A stretch of DNA of 64,000 nucleotides from Phoronis australis. Its lineage: Eukaryota > Animalia > Phoronida. Shown piece by piece: positions 14,093 through 27,300 of this stretch; the stretch's first letter is position 1, and every line of letters begins with the position of its first letter. The position numbers and the translations under genes are program-made. The DNA is taken from contig NMRA01000497.1 of the NCBI GenBank assembly GCA_002633005.1, forward strand, positions 260,363-324,362. Direction: 5' to 3'. Below the pieces are notes generated by a model. It did no database searches, was not told where the DNA came from, and worked only from the letters and a program-made list of their open reading frames with translations.

Positions 14093-14212
14093 TCAGTAAC
14101 GCTAGGACCTCGCTAAAAAACAAGACTTCGCGAGATTACGTGAAATATTGCAGTGCATTTTAAATGAGAACACTTGACTTTCACTAGGTTTTAGCTAGGT
14201 CCTAGCGTAGGT
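14093..14212. mobile_element. MITE with ACGCTAGGACC...GGTCCTAGCGT inverted ends
   Basis: Inverted repeat acgctaggacct/aggtcctagcgt. The internal sequence (cgctaaaaa-caagacttcgcgagatta) recurs reverse-complemented at ~60050-60157 and diverged at ~29148-29290. Confidence 0.65.
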
Positions 14213-15007
14213 CCTTGCGTCTACTGAACGCACGCCTGCTCTTCACTGCGTTCATTCTACGTGTGCATGAGCTCCAAGGCAGTATCAATGCGAGCATACC
14301 TACTGAGTCTCTTCACCCACGGGGTCACTTGTTCGGCTCTTTTTTAAGCTGCCTTACAACCCCAGAACCTTTTAGCGGTTTGATGTATGCCTGTTTTTCG
14401 AATTGATCAACGGGTACTTCGGTCATGTCGTCCGAGTCTCGACAGACGTGCTCAAGTTTGAGTAGATCTTTCTTAACATTCTCCGCACATAGTAAATTCC
14501 TAAATGAACTGCTACAGAACTCTGCTAGACTTTTATGTTTACGACAAACGTCTTCCCATATTTATTTGACACTTTATTCGTACCTTTATCGCAACAAAAT
14601 GGCGTTTTTATCAAATATTTGTCGGTGTTTAACTTGACATTGTTCCGCCTATCTGCCAACTGCTTTTTATGAATGGATTTACCCAGCAAGTTGTCGACAT
14701 TTTGTCAACGTACTTGGAGCGAAACCTGGCGAGGCGTTGTCGGATTCTACTAGAAAAAGCTTCATCGTTGTCGGGTTTGTTTTGAGAAATGTAGCACCAG
14801 CGAAAGTACCGAGCATAATTGTAGTGACCTTTTGCGAAAAAATATGTGAACATCTCATTGAGACAGAGATGTTTAACGATGAAGGTAGAAACATGAGATG
14901 CGGCAGCCTAAAGGCGTTCTACCCTTATCTCCCGATTGGGTGGTTATTAACCATGTCCAAGTAAACCATAAGTCTTGGCCCCACTTGAGTAGAAATTTAG
15001 CGCCAAC

Positions 15008-17412
15008 ATGGCTGTGGTGAGAGGGTAAGCCCACACGCCTTTTAATTGGCTATACCAGGGCTTCCAGAAAATCCTGAACTGAAGAGCATTTCCTCGCCAG
15101 GTGCAATACAACATGGAAAATGTTTGGCAAACTAGTGTCTTCCATGATCAGCGTTTTAAGAAAATATCTTGAAGTGCTCATTGAATAAAATGAAAGGCGA
15201 ATGAGAAAAAAATCTAAAATACCAGAACGATTTTAGGCAGTTTTGCAAAAACGAAATAGGCTGAAATCGAAAATGGCGGCATCCGCCATCTTGAATTGCA
15301 AGAAATGTAAATGTTGTACAAGGTGCAACCAATCTAATTTTGTTCTTATTAAGCTTTAAACTTTGGGTCTTAGTATTTTTACACTTGAGATTATGGTGAA
15401 CCTTCGCGTACTTTTTAGGAAAATTTGAACATTCATATATTGTTCAGATACTCCAATCTTCTCAATATACACCCGGCAGTGTAATTTGTATCACAGTGTG
15501 GCCGATTTTCAATACAGCTCTAGACTGACTTATTTAGTAACCGCCTAGTCTTTCATTGTGTTACAGTTAGGGTGAACTAAAATGAGACAGTATTCACAAC
15601 TAAATGCTTGTTGCGATAACCTCACGGCGATTTTATTCTATCAATGCGTTGTGTCCACTGCTTTTGTACCAGCTAGATACGTTAAGTTAGTGTTTTTTTG
15701 TAATCTACACAAAACGTTATTGTTTTTCAAACACCACGCACCTCTGTAAAGTTGAAGTGACTTCATTTGTTACAAAAATGTATGGCTCCGTTTGCAGTGC
15801 ACGTTGTAAACCGGATGGACAAAGACCCACTCACATTATTACGTGACACGTTGACGATGGAGAACTAACGTTCTGACCCCGTAACCAATTGATCCAGCGA
15901 ATAAGTTCGATTACAGTCCTGGTCCGCGATAGCAAAACGATACACTACAGTACGTGGGCCATATATTTTTCAAACGAGTCACCACGTGAGTCTCCAACTG
16001 GCAATAAATAATGTACAAGTACCTTTGAGCCCACAAGTCTCGTTCTTACCAACACCATAATCAAGTGTGGTAGGCGGACTTTATTATCTAATTGATCAGT
16101 TTGCTAATGCTTAATTACAGCCTTTGCTTGTGTTTTAGATGAATTTTTTTCTTGGAACCATTTTCGCTGGCTTTGTTCTCGCTGTGTCAGGCTGGCAGGG
16201 NATGGCTGTGATGAGAGGGTAAGCCCACACGCCTTTTAATTGGCTATACCAGGGCTTCCAGAAAATCCTGAACTGAAGAGCATTTCCTCGCCAGGTGCAA
16301 TACAACCAGGGAAAATGTTTGGCAACTAGGGTCTTCCATGATCAGCGTTTTAAGAAAATATCTTGAAGTGCTCATTGAATAAAATGAAAGGCGAATGAGA
16401 AGAAAAGCTAAAATACCAGAACGATTTTAGGCACTTTTGCAAAAACGAAATAGGCTGAAATCCAAAATGGCGGCATCCGCCATCTTGAATTGCAAGAAAT
16501 GTAAATGTTGTACAAGTTGCAACCAATCTAATTTTGTTCTTATTAAGCTTTAAACTTTGGGTCTTAGTATTTTTACACTTGAGATTATGGTGAACCTTCG
16601 CCTACTTTTTAGGAAAATTTGAACATTCATATATTGTTCAGATACTCCAATCTTCTCAATATACAGGTTTTTACTAAACACCCGGCAGTGTAATTTGTAT
16701 CAAGTACAGTGTGACCGATTTTCAATACAGCTCTAGACTGACTTATTTAGTAACCGCCAAGTCTTTCATTGTGTTACAGTTAGGGTGAACTAAAATGAGA
16801 CAGTATTCACAACTAAATGCTTGTTGCGATAACCTCACGGCGATTTTATTCTATCAGTGCGTTGTGTCCACTGCTCTTGTAACAGCTAGATACGTTAAGT
16901 TAGTGTTTTTTGGAATCTACACAAAACGTTACTGTTTTTCAAACACCGCGCACCTCTGTAAAGTTGAAGTGACTTCATTTGTTGCAAAAATGTATGGCTC
17001 CGGTTGCTGTGCACGTTGTGAACCGGATGGACAAAGACCCACTCACATTATTACGTGACACGTTGACGATGGAGAACTAACGTTCTGACCCCGTAACCAA
17101 TTGATCCAGCGAATAAGTTCGATTACAGTCCTGGTCCGCGATAGCAAAACGATACACTACAGTACGTGGGCCATATATTTTTCAAACGAGTCACCACGTG
17201 AGTCTCCAACTGGCAATAAATAATGTACAAGTACCTTTGAGCCCACAAGTCTCGTTCTTACCAACACCATAATCAAGTGTGGTAGGCGGACTTTATTATC
17301 TAATTGATCAGTTTGCTAATGCTTAATTACAGCCTTTGCTTGTGTTTTAGATGAATTTTTTTCTTGGAACCATTTTCGCTGGCTTTGTTCTCGCTGTGTC
17401 AGGCTGGCAGGG
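15008..17412. repeat. Near-identical ~1.2 kb direct duplication separated by a single N (probable allelic overlap in the assembly)
   Basis: 15008-16200 and 16202-17412 align end to end with scattered SNPs and small indels. The junction is exactly the n at 16201. Confidence 0.9.
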
Positions 17413-18301
17413 GAACCCAAGTATTTGTACTCCGGTGCCCTACTCGCCAGGTAAGTCGTTACACTTTGTTCCCTAAAAGGTTTACTCACCGTTGTGTATA
17501 CGAATGCACGCTCAACATAAGCTGAGAGGAAAGTATGAACCCTAATCACAAGGAAGAAATAAGTCATAGTCTACAGCTAAATACAATGTATTGGAACTTA
17601 TCCTTTGGGCAAAAAAATATTTTTCCGTGAAGCCAAACTTTGCGTTCGGAAAATTGCTCTGTGTGCACACCTTCTCTAAAAATATTTTAAAACTAGCCTG
17701 TTAATGAAGACACGCAGGTGGTCCTGGGTGCGATTAGAGCAAATTCCTGATGGTTACTTTGGTGCAATTCGTGTGTTAACCATATACCACACGCTTGCTT
17801 CAGTCTTTTTGACAACGCTGCAAATACAAGAAAACAAGGTGTTCGTAGGTTACGTTATTCAAAATATAAACTTTAGTTGTCTACGACAATCGTAAGTAGG
17901 ACCTACCTGTGTTAAGTTAGGTCATAGACATGTGTTGCGGTTCAAAGTAGTACGAGGTATACATTTCCCTCGCCCTCTACTGGTTGGTAATGTAGACTAT
18001 GTTCTCTGGTAACATTGGCTATTTTCACCCTGTCCGACAAATCGTTGTTGATATACTTATCCCGAAATTCTGTAGGTGCATCTATAGGCTATTTGGTTAG
18101 CCAGCGTAATTACTTGATCAAGTTCATCCATGGGCAAAGATTTTAAATCTTGCCTGATTTGATAAGCAGGCAAATGTAGTGGTGGATGTACTGTACATGT
18201 AGAATTAAATGTTTGAATAATTATTAAAAATTAGTGTTTATAGAACACCCCAAGTTAGATAATAAACCACCACTTGTCTGCGTTTTTCATTTCCTTCACA
18301 G

Positions 18302-21300
18302 GAACAATAGGCGGGAATGCTGGTGGCGCCCCCTGTAAGTTCCCGTTTGTCTACAGAAACCAGACTTACAACAAGTGCACAATGGATGGCTCATACCACT
18401 ATTGGTGCTCGACGACAGGCAACTACGACAACGACCAAATATTCGGCAATTGTCCAGGTAACAGGACTTGTTTTCAGAGTGTCAGCAGTGCTTCACAGTG
18501 TATCACTGCATATACAAACCTACTGGCGACATTATTCATTTTACGCAATATGTGTATTTTTAGTCACGACCAAGTCATAATGGACCGGAAGCCCCTTCAT
18601 TGCCTCGGTGTGTGTATTTTACAGTCCAATGCCGCATTTGTATATGTATATCTATTGTATCTCTAAATATGTACCAGTCCTCTGTAAACTGATGACATAC
18701 AGATATGATACTTTTTAGCGCTTTCTTGGCTTAACTCTTATTCTGTACATTGCATTTTTGGTAAAAAGCGTAACGAACGAGAAAGCGCTCCAATGTCTCT
18801 GTGTATAAAATTTTATTCTCCACTACCGTTTTAACATGCAACCGAGAAATACAACCAAAATGCCTAATAAAAGTCTAGTTAAAAAAAATATATATACACC
18901 AAATTAAGTAATATGAAACATGGCATAATGTTCACCTCCTTTCTGTTATCAAACTAAAAGCTTTTTAGCACAGTGTAGTACCTCAGCCAAGATCAGAAAA
19001 TCATTGACTATTCCCGTCCATTTCCGTGACCTGAGTTCCTGTGGACCAGTTCAGGAACGTTTCCTGAATGACGGTTCTCATATATCGTCCTTGAAAACGT
19101 ACATGTATTTGTGTCTCCGTGAGCGTAAATGCGTTGTTACTTTGTTTGATTCTCATTTTGGTTCTTTTTATACATCTTTGATTATTTACTGTCCAAATTT
19201 TACCTGTTCTATGCACATGACGAATGGCATTTAACGCATACTAATAAGTTTGTGAAGTACTTCGCATCTCAGGTAGCCGACACTCAGCTACTGAGGTCAG
19301 CCCTGACTGATAGCGAGGGTACGTCAAATTTCAGGAACAGTACCCGTTTCGGTAATAAATTAGAGGAAAAAACTTTCTAGACCAGAATTAATGACAAGTG
19401 TCTCATCCTTATCGCCATATCGTGAAATTGATTCAAAATGAGAAATTACTGCGTGACTACTCGGACGTGTGAGCGTAATGCTGCGTTCTTGGCAGCAAAT
19501 CGGCACAGGATTTACTAGCCGTTAAAATGTTAGATTGGATAAAAAAAACATCCACACAACTGATATTTCAGCAAACAAAAACAAGTTTTATCTCAGCACA
19601 GGGAGTTCCAAACCTCAATTGCAATGATGCGCACATGTGCTTGATTTTGCTGCCACGAACAGGGTAATTCCCCAGCAGTTGCCGACCATGACTCTTCGCC
19701 GTGAAAATAACTGCTCACTAAATTGGCTTTGATTTTCAATTATTAGGGAAATATATCTTGAAACGTGACAAAAACTTGCAATACATACAAGATATACCTC
19801 TTTTATCTGAATATGAAAATTCCGCTTCTTAAAACGCAAACGGGGGGGAGTGTAGTGAATTGTAATCAATAAGCTGAACGTCGGCGATGGGAAAATATTG
19901 CCGTGTTAAGAGCATGACGCAGTATTTTTAATCTCTTTGTCACACAAATTTCACCTATTGAAGGCCCGGGTAGCTGATTAATGTGTCCATCTTGCGCCGT
20001 GCAGCACAGATTACCGAGCAGGCCAGGCGGTCGGGCTCATAGGAATGCTCAGTTCCGTTTTATTTTAAACTCAGTAATACTTGGCACCGTGGCAAGTTTT
20101 CTTTCTAAAGCTATTTTGCCACCAAACGGTATTCTGTCATTCATTGTTGGCCGTGCACTCACCCGGCCGTAACGGAAGTCGCGGCACACCACCACAACGC
20201 TTTCAAAAAACTTTCGCCATGTTTGTTTCACGCTTGTGGGGTTTACATTGGTACCTGTCGCGGACGTGTCTCAACTGCGTTTGTCGGTACCACCAACTTA
20301 ATAAATAGGGACGTGATCTTGCAGCAAGACATGGTTTGAAGTACGCGATTTAGGCTGAAAAAATTGTGCTTCGGAAGTAGTGCCCAGTAGAGCTCCGGCA
20401 TCTTTATGATCTTTCTAAATCTGTGTGAAAGGTGATCGTTAAAAACACGTGTGTATATATTTATATAACTTCTGGGCACGATTTTCGAATCACTCCTGTC
20501 AAATCCAAAGCAGTACAATACGGGGTCTCTCAAATCCAGCAGTTTGACTGACGACAACCGGAAACCAAAATTTCTTCACTCAAACATGTGATGGCTCTCA
20601 GCTGATTTACCTTTCAAGTCACACCACTCAGTCAATTATTACCCATAATTTGAATTTTAGTACACCCAATGGTAGAGATAAGCGCAAAACTATTTGCTTT
20701 TCTATTTTAAAACATTGATTTACTCGTAGTGTAAATTCTGTTGCAGCTACAACTGACGGCAAAGGTCAAGGTGGCACCTGTGTGTTTCCGTTCAAGTACA
20801 AAGGGTCTCTTTTCAACAAATGTATTTACAAAGACAATGATAAGCCATGGTGTGGCACTGCCAGTGACGTAGACAAAGAGCCATTCCAATGGGGTGAATG
20901 CCCGGATGTAACTAGTTATCCCTTGCCGTCATTGCCGACGACTTTCTCCGCCTCCGTTCAATGGAGTGATTTGTTAAGAAGCAAGTCAACTTATATGGAA
21001 GAATACTATGACGAAGACCGAAACATCGGCGTATTTCAGGTCACCGGCTGGCTCGGACCTGGAGTGATGTCAAAATACCTGTCGGATTATAATGAAAAAA
21101 TATTTTACAAAATACCTGGTTAGTATTACTGTATAGAATGAAAGTTCTATATTGTGTAATGAATACTCACATCACGCTGCCAAAGTTAATGTTAAATACA
21201 ATTGTACTTACATTACACATATACTGGTATTGCTGACATGTACCATCATCAATCACCCTCGCCTTGCGGAACGCTCTCGCTGCATCTGCAACTCAATTGC

Positions 21301-24300
21301 TATTTGGCAAGGTGCACCAATTGCAATGAATGGTAGAGAAACCCTGGCTTTAATATCAGGAATAAGAGGTTTTATATGTGCATGTAGTACCAAACACGGA
21401 AATGGTGGTCTTTTAGCACGGGTGAAGCTGAGAACGTTTCCTCATTACTCCCACACGCAGTTAGTCATTCACGGCTTTTCCAGTTTCAACTGTACGACTT
21501 AAAACGAAAATCCATTCACTACATGTATGTCCACAGATTTACACAAGTCCTTGGATGGCACAGGAACATGCGTGGCAGAGAATATAGTCTTCGGTGGCAG
21601 TACGTTCCAGTTGCCTTACAAAGATGTCAACGGCAAAGGTTTGTGATACCAGCCATATAATGTAATTTAGATGGAAAGGACAATAGCACTCTTTACATCC
21701 AACCTTCCCCTAGTCACGTGCTCATTTTGCCACAATACTTTGCGTGAGAAATAACAAACCATTCAGCTCAAAGCTTTCTTCACTGTGTTACTAACGGGAT
21801 CCATTTCCGCACCTACACAACTTTCACAATCCTCAAATTGTGACAGATCTTCAAAAGGAATTGGGAGAAGTGATCAGGCATACAAGTCTTCCTAATCTTG
21901 GAGGTCGATAGTCATGTCCCACTTGGAAATAGCGGACAACAGAGCGAGGCCGTGTTAATCATAAGGACTGAAGCCCGCGGCTTCAGAGAGCCCCGCGATC
22001 TGAAAAGCTCATGTTTTCGTGGTCAGTGACCTTAGTGAAATCAGTTAGCAGGTCACTGCATAATGCATTTTTATAATTTATGCACATAAAGGTCGATATT
22101 AATTTTTTCGAGTGCTCCTCTTGCAAAGCATGACTTAAATAGATAGCATAATGTAGTACAGATTATGAACGTGATTCAAACACTTGCAATGAATTCGGAT
22201 TATTTTCCAAGCGTCATCCAATGGACCTCTTTGTTGATTGCCGCCATTTTGATATGCGCTAAGGAATGTGGGAAAGATTCTGCTATTTAGAAGACACGCG
22301 TGTTAAGTGCTATTCGTGGGTGTTATAACCACAGCGAAAAAGTGAAGGGCATGTTAAAATCCCGTAAAAAATTTTTGACTATCACTTGCAGACTTAGTAG
22401 CGTGAAAAAGTATAACAAGTCGAGTAATTTCACTGACTATATACATGTACAGTGTATGTAATTGCATAACAATTTTTGATCTTCTTTGTTACAGAAGAAA
22501 CAACACACTTCGCCACAATCATAAATTCTTTTCTAAAATGAGCGTAACAGATTTTAATGAAATACCCTGAGTTTGTCATATTATTTATTTTCCAAGCAAT
22601 GTCAGATGATATTTTTGCACCTGGAGTTGTTTAGTTTTCCATTTTAATTTAATACCAACACCTGGATTCAGTGACATAATTAAAAGCAGGACTACTTTCC
22701 ATACTAGCAGATGACTTCTGAAAGTATTTTCATGTCTTGTTTCAGATGGTGCAGTCGCCCAAAAGTCTGTCAAATTTTATCAAACCGTACAGAGTTGTCT
22801 CGCCAACATGATGAGACAAACAACTCTTGCTGGTCTCAATTTACATAAATAATGCAAATTCATGGAGCGATGACCTGCATACTGATTTCGTTAAATTCAC
22901 TGACCAAAAACATTTTTCCAAATATAAAATAATTTACATGTAGCGTCTGAAAGAAAGTTATCATGAACAGAAACAGAATTTTAGTTAACAGAATATTAAA
23001 TAATGGTGGTCATTAACTGCACAAATTATACAAATTTATAATGCAACAGCCTGGTACAAATATCAGTATAATTAGCTTGTACTGCCTGCAGTCATAAGCA
23101 TGAGTAGAATTTTCAATCATGGCTGCCTTAATTTGAATAATCCAGGCAAGTTGTCGATGCTTCTATCTAGTAAGTAGCTACATGTATACTTAATTCATTG
23201 ACCATAGAAGCTTATGTGAAAACATCAGTATGATTTACCTGCAGTGCATGGTAAGGAAATTACAAGCAAAAATAGAATTTTGCATGATGGCGGCCATAAT
23301 TTGCATTATTCAAAATGCTCAAGGTTGTAATGATTACAACTCGGCTAAAATGCCTCAGGGGTGCTACCAAAACGTGAAAAATATGCTACCAAGCACTTCT
23401 GGGTACCCATTAATGTATGCTGAGCTATTGTGTGAAATCTGTCAAAAGATGTGCACACGTGGACCAGCGCTGCGTTCAAGACCATCGTCTCGGCGAGATA
23501 ACCTAGGCAAAATCACGTGCTCTCCTTGAAAATATGCTACGAAATCTCGCGCGGAGTCTTGCACTTGATTACACTTCATCCCCGAGAAACTTCGTCTACG
23601 GAATGGAAGGTAGTTTTGGCGTTGTTGAAGTATAATAATACGTGACGTCGTCTTGTACGAGAAAAAGTACGTTCAACTCATACATTGTATCCGGGGAAAC
23701 CTGAAAACAAAACGGTGTGGCTTGGTAGGGTACTTCGAATACGTTCTACGTTGCGACAAGGAAACTGATTCATTGGTTCTGGCGGCGGACAGCAGGTCTG
23801 GCGGCCGTTTGACCAACATTTTCCATAAATAACGTCAAATAGGAATTTGAAGGCCTTTAGAATGCACCAAACGAGACTTGAAAATATCAGCATTTTCTGA
23901 AGGGCAAACCCCTACGGGAAGATTTTGTTTTTTATAGCTTTGGTCAAAACAACTACAACGAATCTACCCCATCCAACAAAAATCCCAAAAATGCAATTTT
24001 CAGCCTTGAAAACGATACACTGCATTTGAGTGAAGGTTTATTAACCAAAGAGGAAAAAGGCACTGTTGGCTATGGTATCTACCCATACTCATTTTGAGAC
24101 CTGCGCTCACCAGCTAAACAAATACCCGACAGCCAAGGTCTGCTATTTTTCGTTGAAAAGCTGCACAAATCCACGTGAGCAAGGTCAAGCAATATTTGAA
24201 TCGCCATGATTAGCCAAAAAATGAAGATTTTTTTGCTCGTCTTGGGTGACTTTGCATTATAGAAACAGTGATCAACTAAAAAAACACCGCACCACCTACT

Positions 24301-27300
24301 GTATTTAAAAAGAGATCAGAACCAACGGTGCTTTTTACCAAAAATACTCGGCATTCATGGAATGGTTGACTTTTATATTTCAGTAGACATCTCGTGTTGG
24401 AATAACAGTTGTATGTACATGGACGCTCGATTTTCTTTTAGGCACTGTTCTTGGGCCAATGCAAATTTCTCAATTTGGCGTGAACTTCCCTCTGATTTAC
24501 AAGGGAATAGATCAACTAGACAGTCTACCCGTCGAGAAGTGGGAGGCTTGCGTCTATTTGCCAAATATGGACAATCAAACACTACACATTACCTACTATT
24601 TTACACGTGAGTAAATCTGCCAACTTATGGTTCAGTCCTAAGGTGTAACCGTTTCAAAGATGATCCATGGTTACTTTTTAGGTGGTCGTTATGGACCCGA
24701 TTAATCTTTGCCGTCCAGGGTCATACCTGAAACTCGAATAGTTATTGACACGTTGAACTTGTCGAAGCTGCAATATGCGCCCCTTTTGTCAAAAAGATAA
24801 TTTTTGATTTAGGCCACTTGCTGTGATAAAACTAGTCACAAGTGTTCTCATTTGTGATTTGTTGGGTTTGGAGGAATGAGCAGCTCGTTATTACTTGAGA
24901 ATAAGATCAACAAAGTGGCTTAAGTTGCTGTTTTGACAGAAAAGTTTTAGCAGCTTTGGGAGCCCTGTTGGGCCCTTTTGCTCTCGAGACACCTGTGCTA
25001 AAGTTAGTGACTAAGCATACACGCACGCAAGTGAATATACTACTACGATCTCGCAAGCCGATTAGCAGTCCTATTATCAAAGGTCCCTTTGCAATACGTA
25101 AATTTAGTGTACGATCTTGCAGTGGAAAAATTCTATTGGAAATTGAACTGACCGGTTTTCTTAATTTGGTGGAAAATGCCATGCAAATGAGCGCGGTTCC
25201 TCAGCAATACGGTCATTTGGCAACCAGACGTCTCAACCTCCAATTTCAAAGTTAACTACTGAGATCTAAGAACAGCAGCAAAACCCCACAGATGGATGCG
25301 GCGTCAGTGTAAAGCTTGAAGTACATAGATAAAGCCTACCTGTCAAATAGGATGAAAGACTTTTCATTGGAGTGTTGTAAAATCAGGAGCCATGAGCAAA
25401 TGTCGGCTCGGGCCTCCTTGCCAATGTTCACGTGGTAGTGAGGAATCGTGATGCCTTTAGCGAGGTCAATGAAGCGGCGAAGGAAAGCTCCACCAACAGT
25501 AAAGATAATGTTGAGAAGACCGATGGGCGACTGCATGTCACAAAGGGTCACCGTGTGTTTGCGCTCGAAGGTTACGAGAAGTGACTTGGTCCTATCAAGC
25601 TTGTCTTCAGGAAGAGGAGCGGCCATGGAGACGGTGTCAAGATAAATGCTGAATTTGGTGAGAGGTGTGGTAGAGAAAATGATTTTTTCATGATTGATAG
25701 GAACACCGATGAAGGATCAGAGTTGGAGAATGGAGATGAGGTGGGGGATCATTTAGGGAATTGTAGGAGGTCCGACGAAGAAGAAATTGTCAAAAACGTG
25801 ACAGGTTCCAGTTCCTTGGAACCGAGACTCCATAATCTGTTGAAAGAATGAACTGAAGCGCTTGAAGATGCTGCAAGAGGAAGAGAATCCAAAGAGGATA
25901 AAACGGTTGGTTGTAATACCACAGGTTATCCCTGGTGAAAACGAGGAACCTGTAATCCATAGGATGAGCAGGTACGAGGCGGAACGTGTCTTTGACATTT
26001 GCGCACCCAGGGGGGGGGGGGNATTTAGCGAAGTGGGTAAAAAGGTCTGTCTCGGAGAAACACAATATCCGAGAAAATGAGACCAAAATCCATTAAAAAG
26101 GCGCAGACACAGAGTTCACAGTTCTGAAAATGGTACCCCGTGTTTTTTTTTAGTCCTCCCGCCTTTTTGCTAGCAAAAGGTCCACTATGCCAGAAATTCG
26201 AACCCCCCATATTAAAGACTGGGTGCGCGCATGCTTGATATCAGTCTTCGCCATGAGACTGTTTCGACCCGAGACAAGTGTGGAGTCGATGGCTGAAGGA
26301 ACATATTGGTATTGGACCTGTGACAGATGAGAGGATATATAGGCATTGGCAGAGTGGTGGCCGGGGGAGGGATTTGAGAAATTGTAAATCAGACGGAATT
26401 TGTTGGGTTCCTTCTTGAAGATGAGGCCCAACGGAAAGTGGGAAAGGGGGAGGGATGACCGGCGAATGGAGGCACCGAGATCTCTTTGGAGATTCGATGT
26501 ACGACGACATTGTTGGAGAGGGCCGAGGGATGGCTTTAAAGCGAATGCGATGGAAAGGTGGAGGGAAAACAAGACGGAGCCTGTGAGTGATCTTCCTGAA
26601 TAAAGTGCGGTGAGGGATGAGTTGTATATGTTGTTAAAGCTTACATAAGGTCGTACACGAAAAATTGGAGTGTTTAGTCCGAGATTTCGTTTGACCTGCT
26701 CTATTTTGGGAAGGCACTTGTAGTTCCCCAAACAGGCGAAATTCACTGTTTAACACTTCCTTTGTCGATGGTTACAAACTTATAAGACTATATCCCTTTA
26801 TTGACATGGAATTTGCAGGTAACACTACCGTGAATGCGTCGCCGTTGAAACAGGTGCCGGTCAAGCAGGTTTTAAAAGGTGGCAATGCCAAAGGGAAGAC
26901 AACATACGACCAGGTGTATTACTGGGCGTACTTTGGTCCTGAACTTCCCACAGACTCGTCCATTTTCGAGGCAAGAGATTTATATAATTTTGTTGTGTAT
27001 ATTACTAAAGTTGTCCCGTAGCAGTTGTGTGAAATAATGATATTTTTTTGTCTAAGCGGTAAACCAGAATCGCTGAAGGAGTTGATTGATAACAAAGTTA
27101 TTTTTCCAGTGTTTTACTACTAGGTGGTTCTAACTGACTTTAAATTAACACTATGTCATATATGTAAATAACACTAATAGATATCATTAAGGTTGATATG
27201 AATTATTTCTACTGATACGCCGTCGACATACTAGAAATAAACTAAAATTCGTCTCACCTACGTCAATAGTGACACATGTGATAGCGCATCACTGGCCGAC

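Larger units (their letters stand above)
10850..15320 (-). mobile_element. Decayed Academ-like DNA transposon (transposase, XPG/PIN-like nuclease, Cys-rich CXC finger) with nested MITEs
   Basis: Collinear minus-strand peptide remnants: MFTYFFAKGHYNYARY (~14850), DVFRYEL...HLRK..HVVLID (~13560-13700), HAEADVRI...IIILCDNTDVLMVLL (~12990-13110), GIHAM..DT..TFGKG (~12835-12890) and a C-S-x-x-x-C-S-C-S-R-A-S-L Cys-rich tail (~11570-11690). Inverted aagatggc...gccatcttgaattgc motifs at ~10865-10900 and ~15270-15300 bracket it. Many stops and frameshifts. Family call is from recalled motifs. Confidence 0.75.
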
